A stretch of DNA of 45,508 nt from Gammaproteobacteria bacterium (GTDB lineage Bacteria; Pseudomonadota; Gammaproteobacteria; Burkholderiales; SG8-39). A program made the translations under genes and the position numbers. Of the stretch, positions 26,539 to 36,813 are shown in pieces. The stretch covers positions 1 to 45,508 of the forward strand of contig JBGPYQ010000001.1 in the NCBI GenBank assembly GCA_041493345.1. Direction: 5' to 3'. The notes under the pieces were generated by a model. The model worked only from the letters and a program-made list of their open reading frames with translations. It ran no database searches and was not told where the DNA came from. The first letter of the stretch is position 1, and each line of letters begins with the position of its first letter.

Positions 26539-27055
26539 GCACTTGATTCGCGCGGCGGGACGCATCGCCGGCGAGCGCGACATCGTCGTGATCGGCAGCC
26601 AGGCAGTTCTCGGCCAGTTCCCCGACGCTCCGGCGGCGTTGTGCAGATCGATGGAAGGCGACCTGTACCCAAGGCGCAAGCCCGAACTGGCCGACAAAGT
26701 GGACGGCGCCATCGGCGAAGGATCGCGATTCCACCAGCAATACGGCTACTACGCGCAAGGCGTTGCCCCGGACACCGCGACGCTGCCGCGCGGCTGGCAG
26801 CGGCGCCTGGTACGCATAGCGAATGCCAACACGGGCGGCTACGCGGGCCTCTGCCTGGAAGTACACGACCTGGCCCTTTCCAAATACGTGGCGGGCCGGG
26901 AAAAGGATCTCGAGTTCACGCGCGAGCTTGCGCGGAACGAAATGACCGGGAAAAAGACCTTGCTCAAGCGGCTCGCGGCAACCAGGCTTGACGCCGCGCT
27001 CGCGCGGCGGGTGCGGGGAAGGATAGAGCGGGATTTTTCGCTTCCCGGCACTTGA
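26519..27055 (+). CDS. Hypothetical protein with nucleotidyltransferase-like G-S...[DE]x[DE] pattern (candidate toxin partner)
   Basis: ATG 26519. The 178-aa product has RDIVVIGSQAVLGQFPDAPAALCRSMEGDLYP, resembling a minimal Pol-beta-fold NTase motif. Inference only. Confidence 0.55.
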   Translation: MKRSELEHLIRAAGRIAGERDIVVIGSQAVLGQFPDAPAALCRSMEGDLYPRRKPELADKVDGAIGEGSRFHQQYGYYAQGVAPDTATLPRGWQRRLVRIANANTGGYAGLCLEVHDLALSKYVAGREKDLEFTRELARNEMTGKKTLLKRLAATRLDAALARRVRGRIERDFSLPGT

Positions 27056-27072
27056 ACCCTCCTGGTGAAAGA

Positions 27073-27647
27073 TTACTGCTCTTCCTCCACCGGCTGCTTG
27101 TGCCTGGAGACAAGCTGCGCCTGCGTGTGCGGCGGCACCGGCGCGTAGTGGCTGAAGTCTATCGAGTAGTTCCCCTGCCCGCCGGTCACCGACTTCAACC
27201 GCGTCTGGTAATCGGACAATTCCGATAGCGGCGCCTGCCCCCGGATCGCGGTCATTCCTCCGCCCGCGGAATCCGTCCCGGTGACATGCCCGCGCTTGCC
27301 GGACAAATCCGAGGTCAGATCCCCCATGAATTTGTCGGGCGCGGCGATCTCGACGTTGACGATGGGCTCGAGCACGATGGGCGCGGCCTTGGCGAAGGCG
27401 TCGATTATCGCCTTGCGGCCGGCAGAGACGAACGCGACTTCCTTCGAGTCGACCGCGTGGTGCTTGCCGTCGTACACGGTGACGCGGATGTCGTGCACCG
27501 GGTAGCCGGCGATCACGCCCGCATCGAGCGCGATGCGCACGCCCTTCTCCACCGCCGGGATGAAGACGCTCGGGATCACGCCGCCTTTCACTTTGTCCAC
27601 GAACTCGTAGCCCGCCCCGCGCGCAAGCGGCTCGACGTGCAGGAACG
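27073..27647 (-). pseudogene. EF-G-like gene, 3' ~575 bp only (5'-truncated copy)
   Basis: Encodes FLHVEPLARGAGYEFVDKVKGGVIPSVFIPAVEKGV...SRHKQPVEEEQ*. I counted 9 aa differences over ~190 aa versus 44675-45248. Homology stops abruptly at ~27647. Confidence 0.8.
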
Positions 27648-27696
27648 CCGCTTGCGGCACGTAGGTGCCTTATCGGAAGCAGGCTTGCCAGTTAAA

Positions 27697-27999
27697 CTAT
27701 TTCGTTGGAGTGGTGGGTTTCTTGGGGTCGACAAACGACGCTTCGTTTACCCTTGTGACGCTGGGCTTATAGTTATCAATACTGACGACTTTCAAGAGAG
27801 CGAGCTTGGTCATAGAGTTAATTGCCAACCCTCTGCGGGCATTGATCACCTCGCTCTTTGTACCGACCGCGTGGATCGTCCCGGAAATGTTCGGCGTATA
27901 CGGATTCGGAACCCGGAGAAGCACATACTGTTCGGCCTTTTTGCCAAGCTTCTTATTCTTCGCGCCCTTCCTGCGGTTTGGTTTCTTGCCTTTGGCCAT
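27697..27999 (-). CDS. Small basic protein, function unknown
   Basis: Strong AAGGAGGG RBS before ATG 27999. 100 aa with the Lys-rich N-terminus MAKGKKPNRRKGAKNKKLGKK. AT-rich, and divergent from tcA. Confidence 0.55.
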   Translation of the reverse strand: MAKGKKPNRRKGAKNKKLGKKAEQYVLLRVPNPYTPNISGTIHAVGTKSEVINARRGLAINSMTKLALLKVVSIDNYKPSVTRVNEASFVDPKKPTTPTK

Positions 28000-28192
28000 G
28001 GCTGATCCCTCCTTTCCTTCGCAACTGTAGAACCCGGCAGGGGGTTATGTCAATCAACCTCCCGGGTATGGTCTGCGTCGCGGTTTTCCAATTACGGGTA
28101 GAAAAATAGTGATACTGATATCTTGACCTTTCGCCTGAAATTATGGTCCCCTTAGAGGTTACAATGCCAGCGAACCCGGGATTGGGGGGGCC

Positions 28193-31100
28193 ATGCGCAG
28201 GGGGGGAGTCAAGAAGCCGCCACCTCAGGCCGCAGCCAACAATGCGGCGATAGAGTCACGGGTGATCAAGGGACGCGTGCGCTGGAATGTGCCCTCGCCC
28301 CCTTCCGGATTTCGTGTCACTGCATTCGAGCTGCGAATTGGGGAGAACGACATCGTTCTCGCGAGCGCAGACCTCGACCTAGACGGGAATTACAAACTAG
28401 AGTTCACTCCTCGTCTCGACGAGATATTCCTTGTAGTCGTCAAGCTAGCCAATGCCCAAGGTAGGGTTATCGCAGAAAGTTCGCCCGGCAAGCAGTCTGG
28501 CGGAACCCTAGTCCTTAACATAGACGCCGGGGACGAACGCCCGCAATGGGCGCGCATCTCATCTTTTGCCCCGGACCGTGCAGCCCTCGACGCCGCTGGA
28601 ATCGCGCGGTTAAGTATCCGCGTGGGATTGCCCCTCGATGACACCGCACGCGCCTCTAACGCGGGCCGACTCTCCGCCATCTCAGGGACGAATGAGGAGC
28701 TGCTTTACGGGATGGTAGCCGGTGGCGGGGCAGCGAGCGCGGCACGACTCTGCTTCGCGCCTTCAAACGCTCTTGAGGTTCATGCGCTAGCGAACAAGGG
28801 GGCGACCGGGGTTTTCAAGAAGCCGGACGTGCAGCGAGAAATTCGCCGGCTGAAAGATTGGGCGGCGAAGGAACTTCTAAAACCGGACGGGCGGACACAG
28901 AACCCGTTCGCGCGTCTGCTTGATACAGTCGGTTTGTCCCAAGGCCATAAGGAACGGGTGGTCGACGCCTTGCTCAAGGGAGAAGGCGCGGCGGCTTTCG
29001 TCAAGGATCTGCGCCGGGGAGGTGAACTGTCTCAGGCCGACGCGGCGAAACTGATCGCCGGCACGGCCCTCTATTGCGCTCTATTGAGAAACGATGTCGT
29101 GTTCGAGCGGGTGTGGCGGGATGCGAACCTCAGGGGCGCCACACACGCGCATCAAATCCTCTTCGACTTCGCCACCGAGGACGAAGCCTACTGGGAGGAA
29201 AAGATCGGCAACGCCGAAATTCCCGCCAGCATCGGAAAACACGGGAATCCCGTGCGCACCTACGCCTCCAAGATTCGGGCCAGTCTCCAAAAGCTTGCCC
29301 CCGACGCACCGGTTGCCGCTGTGTTGCGCGCCAGTAAGGTTCTGGAACACGGCAAAACGATCGCAAACGCTATTCAAACAAGCTATAAGGGCCCGTCGCC
29401 CGTTTCCTTCGCCACCGCCTCGGTCGGAAGGAGAAAATCGTTTGCGGGTCTGAGCGGAAAACCGCTCGAGGAATTCCGCCGTATGTGCCGCCTCTACCGG
29501 GTGCTACCGCCCGAAGAGGAAGCTGCCGCAATGGAAGCGCTCCTCGCGATGAAGCCTTCAGTTGCGCAGAAGGGTAAAACCAGCAAAGTCGCGCAAAACA
29601 AGGGAATTGCCAGCGCCCGCGATATCGTCAAGTTCGGCCGAGAGAGTTTCGTCAAGGCGTACGCGAAGGAATATGCCGCGATCACAGTCAAGTCGGCAAA
29701 GGAAGCTAGGCCGATCGCCGAACGCGTCTACGCCCGTGCCGCGGGTCGTGCGCGTACCGTCGACGCGATTCGTCGCACTTTCCTAGGCGCCGCATCGGGG
29801 CTAAACCGAGATTTGGAACGCTCGCTGAAGAGCGTCACTCGACCATTGGAAGATCGCGCCCGGCAACTCGGTATAGCGGAAATGCTGGAGCCAAAGTCAT
29901 ACTGCAGATGCGAGAAATGTTCTTCCCTCTTCAGCCCAGCCGCCTATCTCGCAGACCAGCTCTATCTGCTGGAAACCTTCGCACCCGAGGCGGCGGATCT
30001 CCTCAAGACCCGGCATCCCGACTTGTGGAAGCTGAAACTCAGCTGCAACAACACGAACGTCGCGTTTCCGGAAATAGATGCGGCGATCGAGGCCCTCGCC
30101 GACGTGCTGCAGGGGGGTGGGGGTACGCAGCAAGCGCGAGACACGAATATAGCCGACTCGGCGACCCTTAGGATTTTTTCAGAGTATGGGGACGCCTCTT
30201 CGGTTATCTCGGCATTCGGGTTGCCGGAGCCCTCACCGGCCGCTACCCGCGCGGATCTCTGGGCACGGGTGTATCCGTTCAACCTTCCATTTTCGCGTTG
30301 GAGCCGAATAGCGGCAGCGTATCTCGACGCGGGAAGAACATCTTTCCTGGAACTTCTCGAGATAAGAAGTCCGGACATCGAGCCGGTGGCCGATTGGTGG
30401 GTGCGAGCGCAACTCGCCTTGTCGACTTGGGAACACACGGTCTTGGTCGGGGCATCGGGAAGGGGATTGTCCGAGCTTTGGGGGGCAGACCCCGCCGATG
30501 CTAATTGGCGCGACGAACTCCAAGACCTTAGGGAATTCCTGCGCCGGGCGGGCCTCGATTACGCGGCGCTCCTCGATCTGGCGGACACCGAGTTTCTCAA
30601 GCCACACGCGAATGTTTTGAAACGGTGGGACGCAGAGGGCAATGAAGCTGATCCTTGCGAACTCGAAGGATCAGAAGTCCTCCATGGTTTACAAACGGAG
30701 ATCGATGCAGCGCTCGACGCGATCCAGGGATTCCTCCGCCTGCAACTCAGGTTGAACTGGTCCATTCCGAACCTCGATCGCCTTATACGGGCGCTTGGCG
30801 TCACCGCCATCGATGGCCAAGTCGTTCGTTCCGCCGCGCATGTCTCGTGGCTGGCGCAGAAGCTTGGCATTGCGGTCAGCGACGCTCTCGTCTTTGCGGT
30901 GGGCGTGGATGACAGACCCTACCGGGGCGAAGACGACTCCCCTTTGAATCTTGCCAAACGAGCGGTCAAACAGAGCACCGGCGAAGAAGGGGCGCTCGCG
31001 ATGGCCGCCAGCCTCCCGGCCGCGACAGTTCGGGAACTTCACGTCGCCGGAAAATTGCCCGCGATGGATTTGAGCGTGGAGGCTGTAAGCAACGCGCGTC

Positions 31101-34100
31101 GCTATGCGCTCCTTCTCGATAAACTCGACCTCGATGTTCAGGACCTGCTCGCGCTCTTTTCTCTTACGGAGATGGGTCCACTCGAGGAAGCCGACGCAGG
31201 CGCTCGCCTCGCGCGACTTGTATCATTCCTTCTCCGTACGGAACTCCTTACGGGCTCCGCGCTTTCGCCGCTGGAGTTGCAGCGCCTATTGCATGATGAC
31301 GCGAGCGCGCCCGGTCGAGCCAGCGATGCGGACATCGACGCGTTCCTAAGTGAACTGATGCCCGTTTTCGCTGCCGATCTAGCTCCCGTCGCGACGGCCG
31401 CAGTTGACACTCCAACGGGAGACACAGCGTCAGCCCTGCTCGCGGAGTTTGCAAAACTAACAGCCGATGTGGCGCGCCAGCTGCTGGACAACATTAGCGG
31501 GCGCTGGGCGGCGACCTCCATCGAAGACCTCACTCTTCGCAAGGCGCTGGCCCACGACTCGGACCTCTCAATCAGACGGAACGCGCTTCGGGGTTTCGCA
31601 CGCGTCGCAGCCGTCCTCGGCTCGCTGACGACGGACCCTGAGAACCAGAAGTTTCTGGTCCAACACGCTGCGCTGTTTGGCGCGCTTGCCGTTCGGGACA
31701 TTGCGCTCCCGGGAGCCGCGATCGGCTACGAGGCGATCCGCCGCTTCCTCGGGCTGTGTCAGGTCCTCGAGGGGCCGGAGGGGGACCCTGTCGTGCGGCG
31801 GGAGGCCTTGACGGCGCTGGCGACGGATGCCGCGCTGGACACGTCGCTGGCGGAGCGGCTTGCCGTGGGCTTCTCAATCGGACTCGGTGATGTGCGATTT
31901 CTGGGGCTCTCCGGAACGAACGGCTTTGGCGGGATTCCATTCTTGAGCGCCGCGGATCTTAGGTTGCGTAATGGCGCCTACCTCCTTATGCGAGCAGGGC
32001 AATACTTGCGCCGCATCAATGTCGGGGCAGAAACGGCGTGGTCGTGGGTCGCGAGCCTCGATTTCTATTCCGATATTGTGCAGAGCATTCGTGGCGCGGT
32101 CAGTAGTCAGCGTTCGGGCACCGACTGGAACCGACGAGTACAAGACATCGAAGACCGGATTCGGATCGCAACGCGAGATGCTCTTGTCGGCGCCGTCATG
32201 CATCGGCTACGGCTCGATGGCGACTTGCCATCGACCTCGGAGGAAACTCTCTCTGACTATCTGCTCCTGAATCTCGAGTCGTCGCCGAATGTACTCACCA
32301 GCCGCATTCGGCTCGCGATGACCGCAGTCCAGGTGTTTATCGATCGCTGGTTCCGGGATTGGTACAACATTGCATTACCGCCCGACTCGATCAGAAAGCG
32401 CTGGGAATGGGCCCGCAACTACAGGCTATTCGAGGCGAACAGAAAAGTATTCTTCTTCCCAGAGTCGTGGGCGACGCCGACGAACAGGCGGCCCGTGAGC
32501 GGCGCATTTGGCCGCTTCGCGGCCCTGCTCGACCAGGGAGACCTGTCGGACGACACGATCGAGCGCGGATTGACGAGTTATCTCGACGAGCTCGTGGACA
32601 TCGCACGACCAGAGATCGTCGCCTTGCGGTCGACCTGGACCTCGGAACGTCTTGGCAATCGCGTCACGCTGTCGCCAACCGTCCACGTATTCGGGCGAAC
32701 TCGCGCAAAACCGCACAAGTACTTTTTCAGGCGATGGGAACGATGCGTGACGTGGACTCCGTGGGAACCGATCGAGCTCGATATAGAAGGGGATCACGTT
32801 ATCCCTGCATTCGACTCCCGCGGGCGGCTGTTCCTGTTCTGGGCAACGTTCCAGAATCGCGCTGATCCGAACAAAGCGTACGACATCGACGACGAGAAGC
32901 CACAGGCTCCTTATTGCGTATATGACGTTCGCATGCTCTGCTCGCAGTACCGGGGTCGTCGGTGGTCGCGGCCCACACTCTCGTCGGATCCGATCACCTT
33001 CGATCCCAACCAAACTGGCGTGTTGGCATTGCTCCTACAGCAACTTAACATTGGTGGAGAATCGGTCCCAGACGTCGAATTCCAGCGCCGCCTCGCGTTT
33101 TTGAATCGCGCTAGTGGCGGCCGCCTATTGGCTTTCAGCTCGGCGGGAGGGTTCACACGCGATATCTGCTCTGGAACGCTACGCCCCGTGTACGGGCCTT
33201 TCTTGATGCCGAGCTTATACGCTCCGTGGAGCGCAACGCCGCGAGCGCAAGCCTATGTAACCACCGGCAACCTGAGATTGCCGTATGAAGGCGCGGAGTG
33301 GGTGGATGTACTCGGTCCGCCTCCTACGGGGCCATACGTGATCGCACCGGGGCATTCGGATTCTTTTTTCCAGCTGCGAAAAGTCGCGGTGCAGGACGAC
33401 TCACGCAGCTTTCTGGTTTCGCAAGAGGCCGGGGCGGAAATCATTGAAGAGACGGTAACGGAATGGGAACCTGCCAGACCCTCCAGCAAGGGGAAAAAGC
33501 CCTTGTCCTTCCTCGAGGCTCAGGCAGAGCCGCTGCTCTGGACAGAAGCGTCCATCAAGGAAAGTTTGTGGCAGGGAGGTCTCGATCGGCTCTGCGGGAT
33601 CGCCCGGACGACGGTCGTCGGCCGGACAGCCCCGGGCGGGTTCAGTGTCATCGCTTGCTATCACCCCTACGCGTGCCTATTTCTTGAGCGCGTGGACGGG
33701 TTTGGCGTGGAGGGACTCTACAAACCGACGGATGCCGAAGGGATCGCCCTCAAACTGCCGTATCAGGAAATCAGCGAAGATTATTTCGAGGACGAATACA
33801 AGCCTGAGAGCGTCAAGGAGCCGTATCCGCGAGACGAAGTTGCGTGCAAAGCAGGGCAAGCCTATTTTTTTTACGATACCGAAATCTTTTTGCAAATTCC
33901 CCTTCTCGTGGGACAGAAGCTTTCCGATGCCGGCGAATTCGAGCGGGCGCACAAATGGTTCCGGTTCGTCTTTGATCCGACGGACCACTCGACCGGCAAT
34001 CCCGACAAGGACGTCTGGCAGATCAAGCTTTTCCGCGACGAGGAGCGGCTCGAGACGGCCAAGGACATCGCGGCCCTGCTCGGGGGTACGTCTTCCGGCG

Positions 34101-36739
34101 AAGACGAAGAGGATGCCGAAGAGCGTCGCAGAAATGCACGCGAGCAGCTACAAGCGTGGCTGGACCATCCCTTCGATCCACACGCTGTAGCGGCCCTAAG
34201 ACCTTCAGCGTACATGCGGTTAGCGGTACGCATGTACATTGAGAATCTTTGCGCATGGGGCGATTTTCTTTTTCGGCTCGCGACGCCGGACGAGCTTCCC
34301 ATCGCCCGCCAGCGGTATGAGGAAGCGCTGTGGCTGCTCGGTTCGACTCCGGTCGAACTGGAACCGCCGAAGGAGAACGTGCCTTCCGAAGGCCCCACCT
34401 ACGAACAACTTATCGGCGCGGCACTGACGCCGGGAGAGGACGCTATCGATGACGCCATGCCGACGATCGACGTTATCTCCGACGGCATCCGTGACGAGCC
34501 CTTGCCGAGCTTCTTCCCCTCGCAGCTCTGCGTGCCGCGAAACGACAAGCTGGACGAATTGCGCGAGTGGGTAAAGCTCGCCCTGAAACGGCTCAACTCC
34601 GGGCTTGATATCAACGGCGAGGTGCTGCCGACCGACTTGTTCGGACGGGAGCTCGACCCCGGCGAGATCATCGCCGCGATGCAAGCAGGGCTTCCCCCAC
34701 TCGCCGCGCTCGGAACACCAGTGAAACCGATCTACGAGAAGCTCCGGTTTCGGGCGCTCATTCAGAAGGCGATGGAAGCCTGCCAGGAGGCGAAGCAGGC
34801 CGGCGATGCGGTGCTTGCAGCAGCGGAGAAAAGCGACGGCGAGCAGCTCTCGCAGCAGCGGCAGCAGGACCAGTTGCAGCTCCTGTCCTTGGGGATTCCC
34901 GTCCTCGGCCGGCAACTCGACGAGGCGCGGGTGAACCTCGAGGCGCAGAAGCGCCGGCAGGCGACCGTCAAGGCGAGACTTGATCACTACAGAAAGCTGA
35001 AACCTCGTCTACCCAAGGAGACGACCCAGCAGAAGAAGATGGAGGAATCTCATGCGCATCAGTTACGCGGCCAAGCCGTTCGGGCGGTTGGTGGAGTGCT
35101 GGTGCTCATTGGAGACTTCGATATCGGTGCATCGGGCTGGGCCGGAAGTCCTGTCGCGAAATGGCGCTTCGGAGGCCTGAATATTGCCAAAGCGGCGGAA
35201 CTCGCCGGCGAAGTATTCAGTGTTTTGTCAACGGCAGCCAGCAATGAAAGCGCACAAGCAGCGCTCGAGGCGCAATGGCAGCGAAGAGACGAGGAATGGG
35301 GGCTTCAGGGCACTCTCGCCGGGAAGGAACTCGCCGAGGTCGAAACGCAACTTCAGTCCGCCGAGCTTCGGGTGCAACTTGCCGATATGCAGCTCGAGAA
35401 TGAAAAGGCTCGCTTTGAGCGAGAAAAGGCGATATTCGATCTCATCCGCGACAAGTTCTCCAGCAAGGAGCTCTACGACTGGATGCTGCAGACGCTGATG
35501 CCGATACATCGCGCGCTCTTCGACCGCGCCATGGGTCTCGCCAATGCCGCGCGGAAAGCGTACCGCGTGGAGCTTGGAGAGGACGCGCCGGCGGGAACCG
35601 TCATCGGCCAGAACATCTGGGATCCAGCTCGCCGCGGCTTGCTTTCCGCCGACGAACTGCGCAAGCGGCTCCACGACCTCGACGACTCCTACACAGCCGC
35701 GCTGCAGAGACGCGACAACATCGAGCCCGAACGTATCCATTTGCGCGACATCGCGCCCGCTGCAGTTCAGGAACTTCGGCTCTTCGGGACGGCGGAATTC
35801 ACGTTGCCTGAGTATTTCTTCGACAGAAACCCTTATTTCTATCGCCGCATCATCCGCTCGGTCGCCGTGAGCCTTCCAAACGTCGTCGGCCCCTACGACA
35901 ATGTAAATGCGTTTATCAGTCTCGAGGAGAGCAGGATCCGCCTGAGCGGAAACGCAGAAAGCGCAGCGGACTACAGGATCACCGCTCCAACCGACCCTCT
36001 GCGCGTGGAAACGCGCGGCGGCTCCACGGTTCCATTAACGCATCTCGTCACTTCTACAGGATCCGAAGACCGCGGCGGATACGGTGCGCGCCCCGAAGGG
36101 GAAGGCTATCTTCCGTTCGAGGGCGCGGGGCTCGTCGATTCGAAATGGCGCATCACGATGCGCCAGGACGATCACAACTTCGACGTCGGCAACCTTTCAG
36201 ACGTTGTTCTGACGTTCGGATACAGCGCGCAGACCTGGGTGGCGGATCAGAGAGACACGATGACGGATACCGTTCGCCAAGCGCGCAAGGATTCGCTCAA
36301 GGCGAACGGCCTTCAGCGGTTGTTGATTCTGTCCCAGGACCAGAGCGAAGCGTTTCGCCGCTGGAAGGCGGGCGGAGATCCACTGGGTTTGCGATTCGAG
36401 ATTCGGGAAGAGTTGGTACCGCTGGGCATCAAAAAGATGGGCCTCACGGTTCAGATTGAATCCGTTACGTTTTATGTCACGACGACTGGCGTAGAGATTC
36501 CAGCTACCGCTTCAATCACGGTGACGAGCGCCGATGGCGCGACAACGCTCGGTTCCGGAGCATTGATAAAGCAAGACAGTCCGGAGAGGAAGCGTCCGGA
36601 TGTGGGGGTGACCGACCCAATTGTCCCGCCATCAGGAAGCCCACTCTCCGCCTTTGGGCAGTTTCGCATCGTACTCTCAGCACCTGCAAACACTGAAATT
36701 GCTGAAATAGCAACCCTCGTTATTGTGGCGTTGCAGTAG
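28193..36739 (+). CDS. Tc (ABC) toxin complex subunit A, TcA-like (2848 aa)
   Basis: Uninterrupted 8.5-kb ORF with TcA hallmarks from memory of the family:
- CRCEKCSSLFSPAAYLADQLYLLETF (from 29903)
- TSRIRLAMTAVQVFIDRW and RKRWEWARNYRLFEANRKVFFFPESW (32393-32470, neuraminidase-like region)
- AYFFYDTEIFLQIPLLVGQKLSDAGEFERAHKWFRFVFDPTD (33860-33985)
- HPFDPHAVAALRPSAYMRLAVRMYIENLCAWGDFLFR
- long heptad helices flanking a hydrophobic tip, GDFDIGASGWAGSPVAKW (pore-forming channel). Confidence 0.9.
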   Translation: MRRGGVKKPPPQAAANNAAIESRVIKGRVRWNVPSPPSGFRVTAFELRIGENDIVLASADLDLDGNYKLEFTPRLDEIFLVVVKLANAQGRVIAESSPGKQSGGTLVLNIDAGDERPQWARISSFAPDRAALDAAGIARLSIRVGLPLDDTARASNAGRLSAISGTNEELLYGMVAGGGAASAARLCFAPSNALEVHALANKGATGVFKKPDVQREIRRLKDWAAKELLKPDGRTQNPFARLLDTVGLSQGHKERVVDALLKGEGAAAFVKDLRRGGELSQADAAKLIAGTALYCALLRNDVVFERVWRDANLRGATHAHQILFDFATEDEAYWEEKIGNAEIPASIGKHGNPVRTYASKIRASLQKLAPDAPVAAVLRASKVLEHGKTIANAIQTSYKGPSPVSFATASVGRRKSFAGLSGKPLEEFRRMCRLYRVLPPEEEAAAMEALLAMKPSVAQKGKTSKVAQNKGIASARDIVKFGRESFVKAYAKEYAAITVKSAKEARPIAERVYARAAGRARTVDAIRRTFLGAASGLNRDLERSLKSVTRPLEDRARQLGIAEMLEPKSYCRCEKCSSLFSPAAYLADQLYLLETFAPEAADLLKTRHPDLWKLKLSCNNTNVAFPEIDAAIEALADVLQGGGGTQQARDTNIADSATLRIFSEYGDASSVISAFGLPEPSPAATRADLWARVYPFNLPFSRWSRIAAAYLDAGRTSFLELLEIRSPDIEPVADWWVRAQLALSTWEHTVLVGASGRGLSELWGADPADANWRDELQDLREFLRRAGLDYAALLDLADTEFLKPHANVLKRWDAEGNEADPCELEGSEVLHGLQTEIDAALDAIQGFLRLQLRLNWSIPNLDRLIRALGVTAIDGQVVRSAAHVSWLAQKLGIAVSDALVFAVGVDDRPYRGEDDSPLNLAKRAVKQSTGEEGALAMAASLPAATVRELHVAGKLPAMDLSVEAVSNARRYALLLDKLDLDVQDLLALFSLTEMGPLEEADAGARLARLVSFLLRTELLTGSALSPLELQRLLHDDASAPGRASDADIDAFLSELMPVFAADLAPVATAAVDTPTGDTASALLAEFAKLTADVARQLLDNISGRWAATSIEDLTLRKALAHDSDLSIRRNALRGFARVAAVLGSLTTDPENQKFLVQHAALFGALAVRDIALPGAAIGYEAIRRFLGLCQVLEGPEGDPVVRREALTALATDAALDTSLAERLAVGFSIGLGDVRFLGLSGTNGFGGIPFLSAADLRLRNGAYLLMRAGQYLRRINVGAETAWSWVASLDFYSDIVQSIRGAVSSQRSGTDWNRRVQDIEDRIRIATRDALVGAVMHRLRLDGDLPSTSEETLSDYLLLNLESSPNVLTSRIRLAMTAVQVFIDRWFRDWYNIALPPDSIRKRWEWARNYRLFEANRKVFFFPESWATPTNRRPVSGAFGRFAALLDQGDLSDDTIERGLTSYLDELVDIARPEIVALRSTWTSERLGNRVTLSPTVHVFGRTRAKPHKYFFRRWERCVTWTPWEPIELDIEGDHVIPAFDSRGRLFLFWATFQNRADPNKAYDIDDEKPQAPYCVYDVRMLCSQYRGRRWSRPTLSSDPITFDPNQTGVLALLLQQLNIGGESVPDVEFQRRLAFLNRASGGRLLAFSSAGGFTRDICSGTLRPVYGPFLMPSLYAPWSATPRAQAYVTTGNLRLPYEGAEWVDVLGPPPTGPYVIAPGHSDSFFQLRKVAVQDDSRSFLVSQEAGAEIIEETVTEWEPARPSSKGKKPLSFLEAQAEPLLWTEASIKESLWQGGLDRLCGIARTTVVGRTAPGGFSVIACYHPYACLFLERVDGFGVEGLYKPTDAEGIALKLPYQEISEDYFEDEYKPESVKEPYPRDEVACKAGQAYFFYDTEIFLQIPLLVGQKLSDAGEFERAHKWFRFVFDPTDHSTGNPDKDVWQIKLFRDEERLETAKDIAALLGGTSSGEDEEDAEERRRNAREQLQAWLDHPFDPHAVAALRPSAYMRLAVRMYIENLCAWGDFLFRLATPDELPIARQRYEEALWLLGSTPVELEPPKENVPSEGPTYEQLIGAALTPGEDAIDDAMPTIDVISDGIRDEPLPSFFPSQLCVPRNDKLDELREWVKLALKRLNSGLDINGEVLPTDLFGRELDPGEIIAAMQAGLPPLAALGTPVKPIYEKLRFRALIQKAMEACQEAKQAGDAVLAAAEKSDGEQLSQQRQQDQLQLLSLGIPVLGRQLDEARVNLEAQKRRQATVKARLDHYRKLKPRLPKETTQQKKMEESHAHQLRGQAVRAVGGVLVLIGDFDIGASGWAGSPVAKWRFGGLNIAKAAELAGEVFSVLSTAASNESAQAALEAQWQRRDEEWGLQGTLAGKELAEVETQLQSAELRVQLADMQLENEKARFEREKAIFDLIRDKFSSKELYDWMLQTLMPIHRALFDRAMGLANAARKAYRVELGEDAPAGTVIGQNIWDPARRGLLSADELRKRLHDLDDSYTAALQRRDNIEPERIHLRDIAPAAVQELRLFGTAEFTLPEYFFDRNPYFYRRIIRSVAVSLPNVVGPYDNVNAFISLEESRIRLSGNAESAADYRITAPTDPLRVETRGGSTVPLTHLVTSTGSEDRGGYGARPEGEGYLPFEGAGLVDSKWRITMRQDDHNFDVGNLSDVVLTFGYSAQTWVADQRDTMTDTVRQARKDSLKANGLQRLLILSQDQSEAFRRWKAGGDPLGLRFEIREELVPLGIKKMGLTVQIESVTFYVTTTGVEIPATASITVTSADGATTLGSGALIKQDSPERKRPDVGVTDPIVPPSGSPLSAFGQFRIVLSAPANTEIAEIATLVIVALQ

Positions 36740-36753
36740 TATTCGCACCTTGC

Positions 36754-36770
36754 TCGCCGGGTACCGGCGA
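36754..36770. terminator. Short hairpin in the 74-bp gap between convergent tcA and tcBC
   Basis: tcgccgg-gta-ccggcga, a 7-bp stem with no U-tract. Confidence 0.2.
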
Positions 36771-36813
36771 CTCTCTCAGCTGCTCCTTAAAAATGCCACT
36801 CCGATTGACCTAC

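Noticed and set aside
28123-28147. TTGACC ... TATGGT as the tcA promoter.
   Set aside because: The spacer is only 13 nt, and no better combination is found by eye. The tcA promoter is left unassigned.
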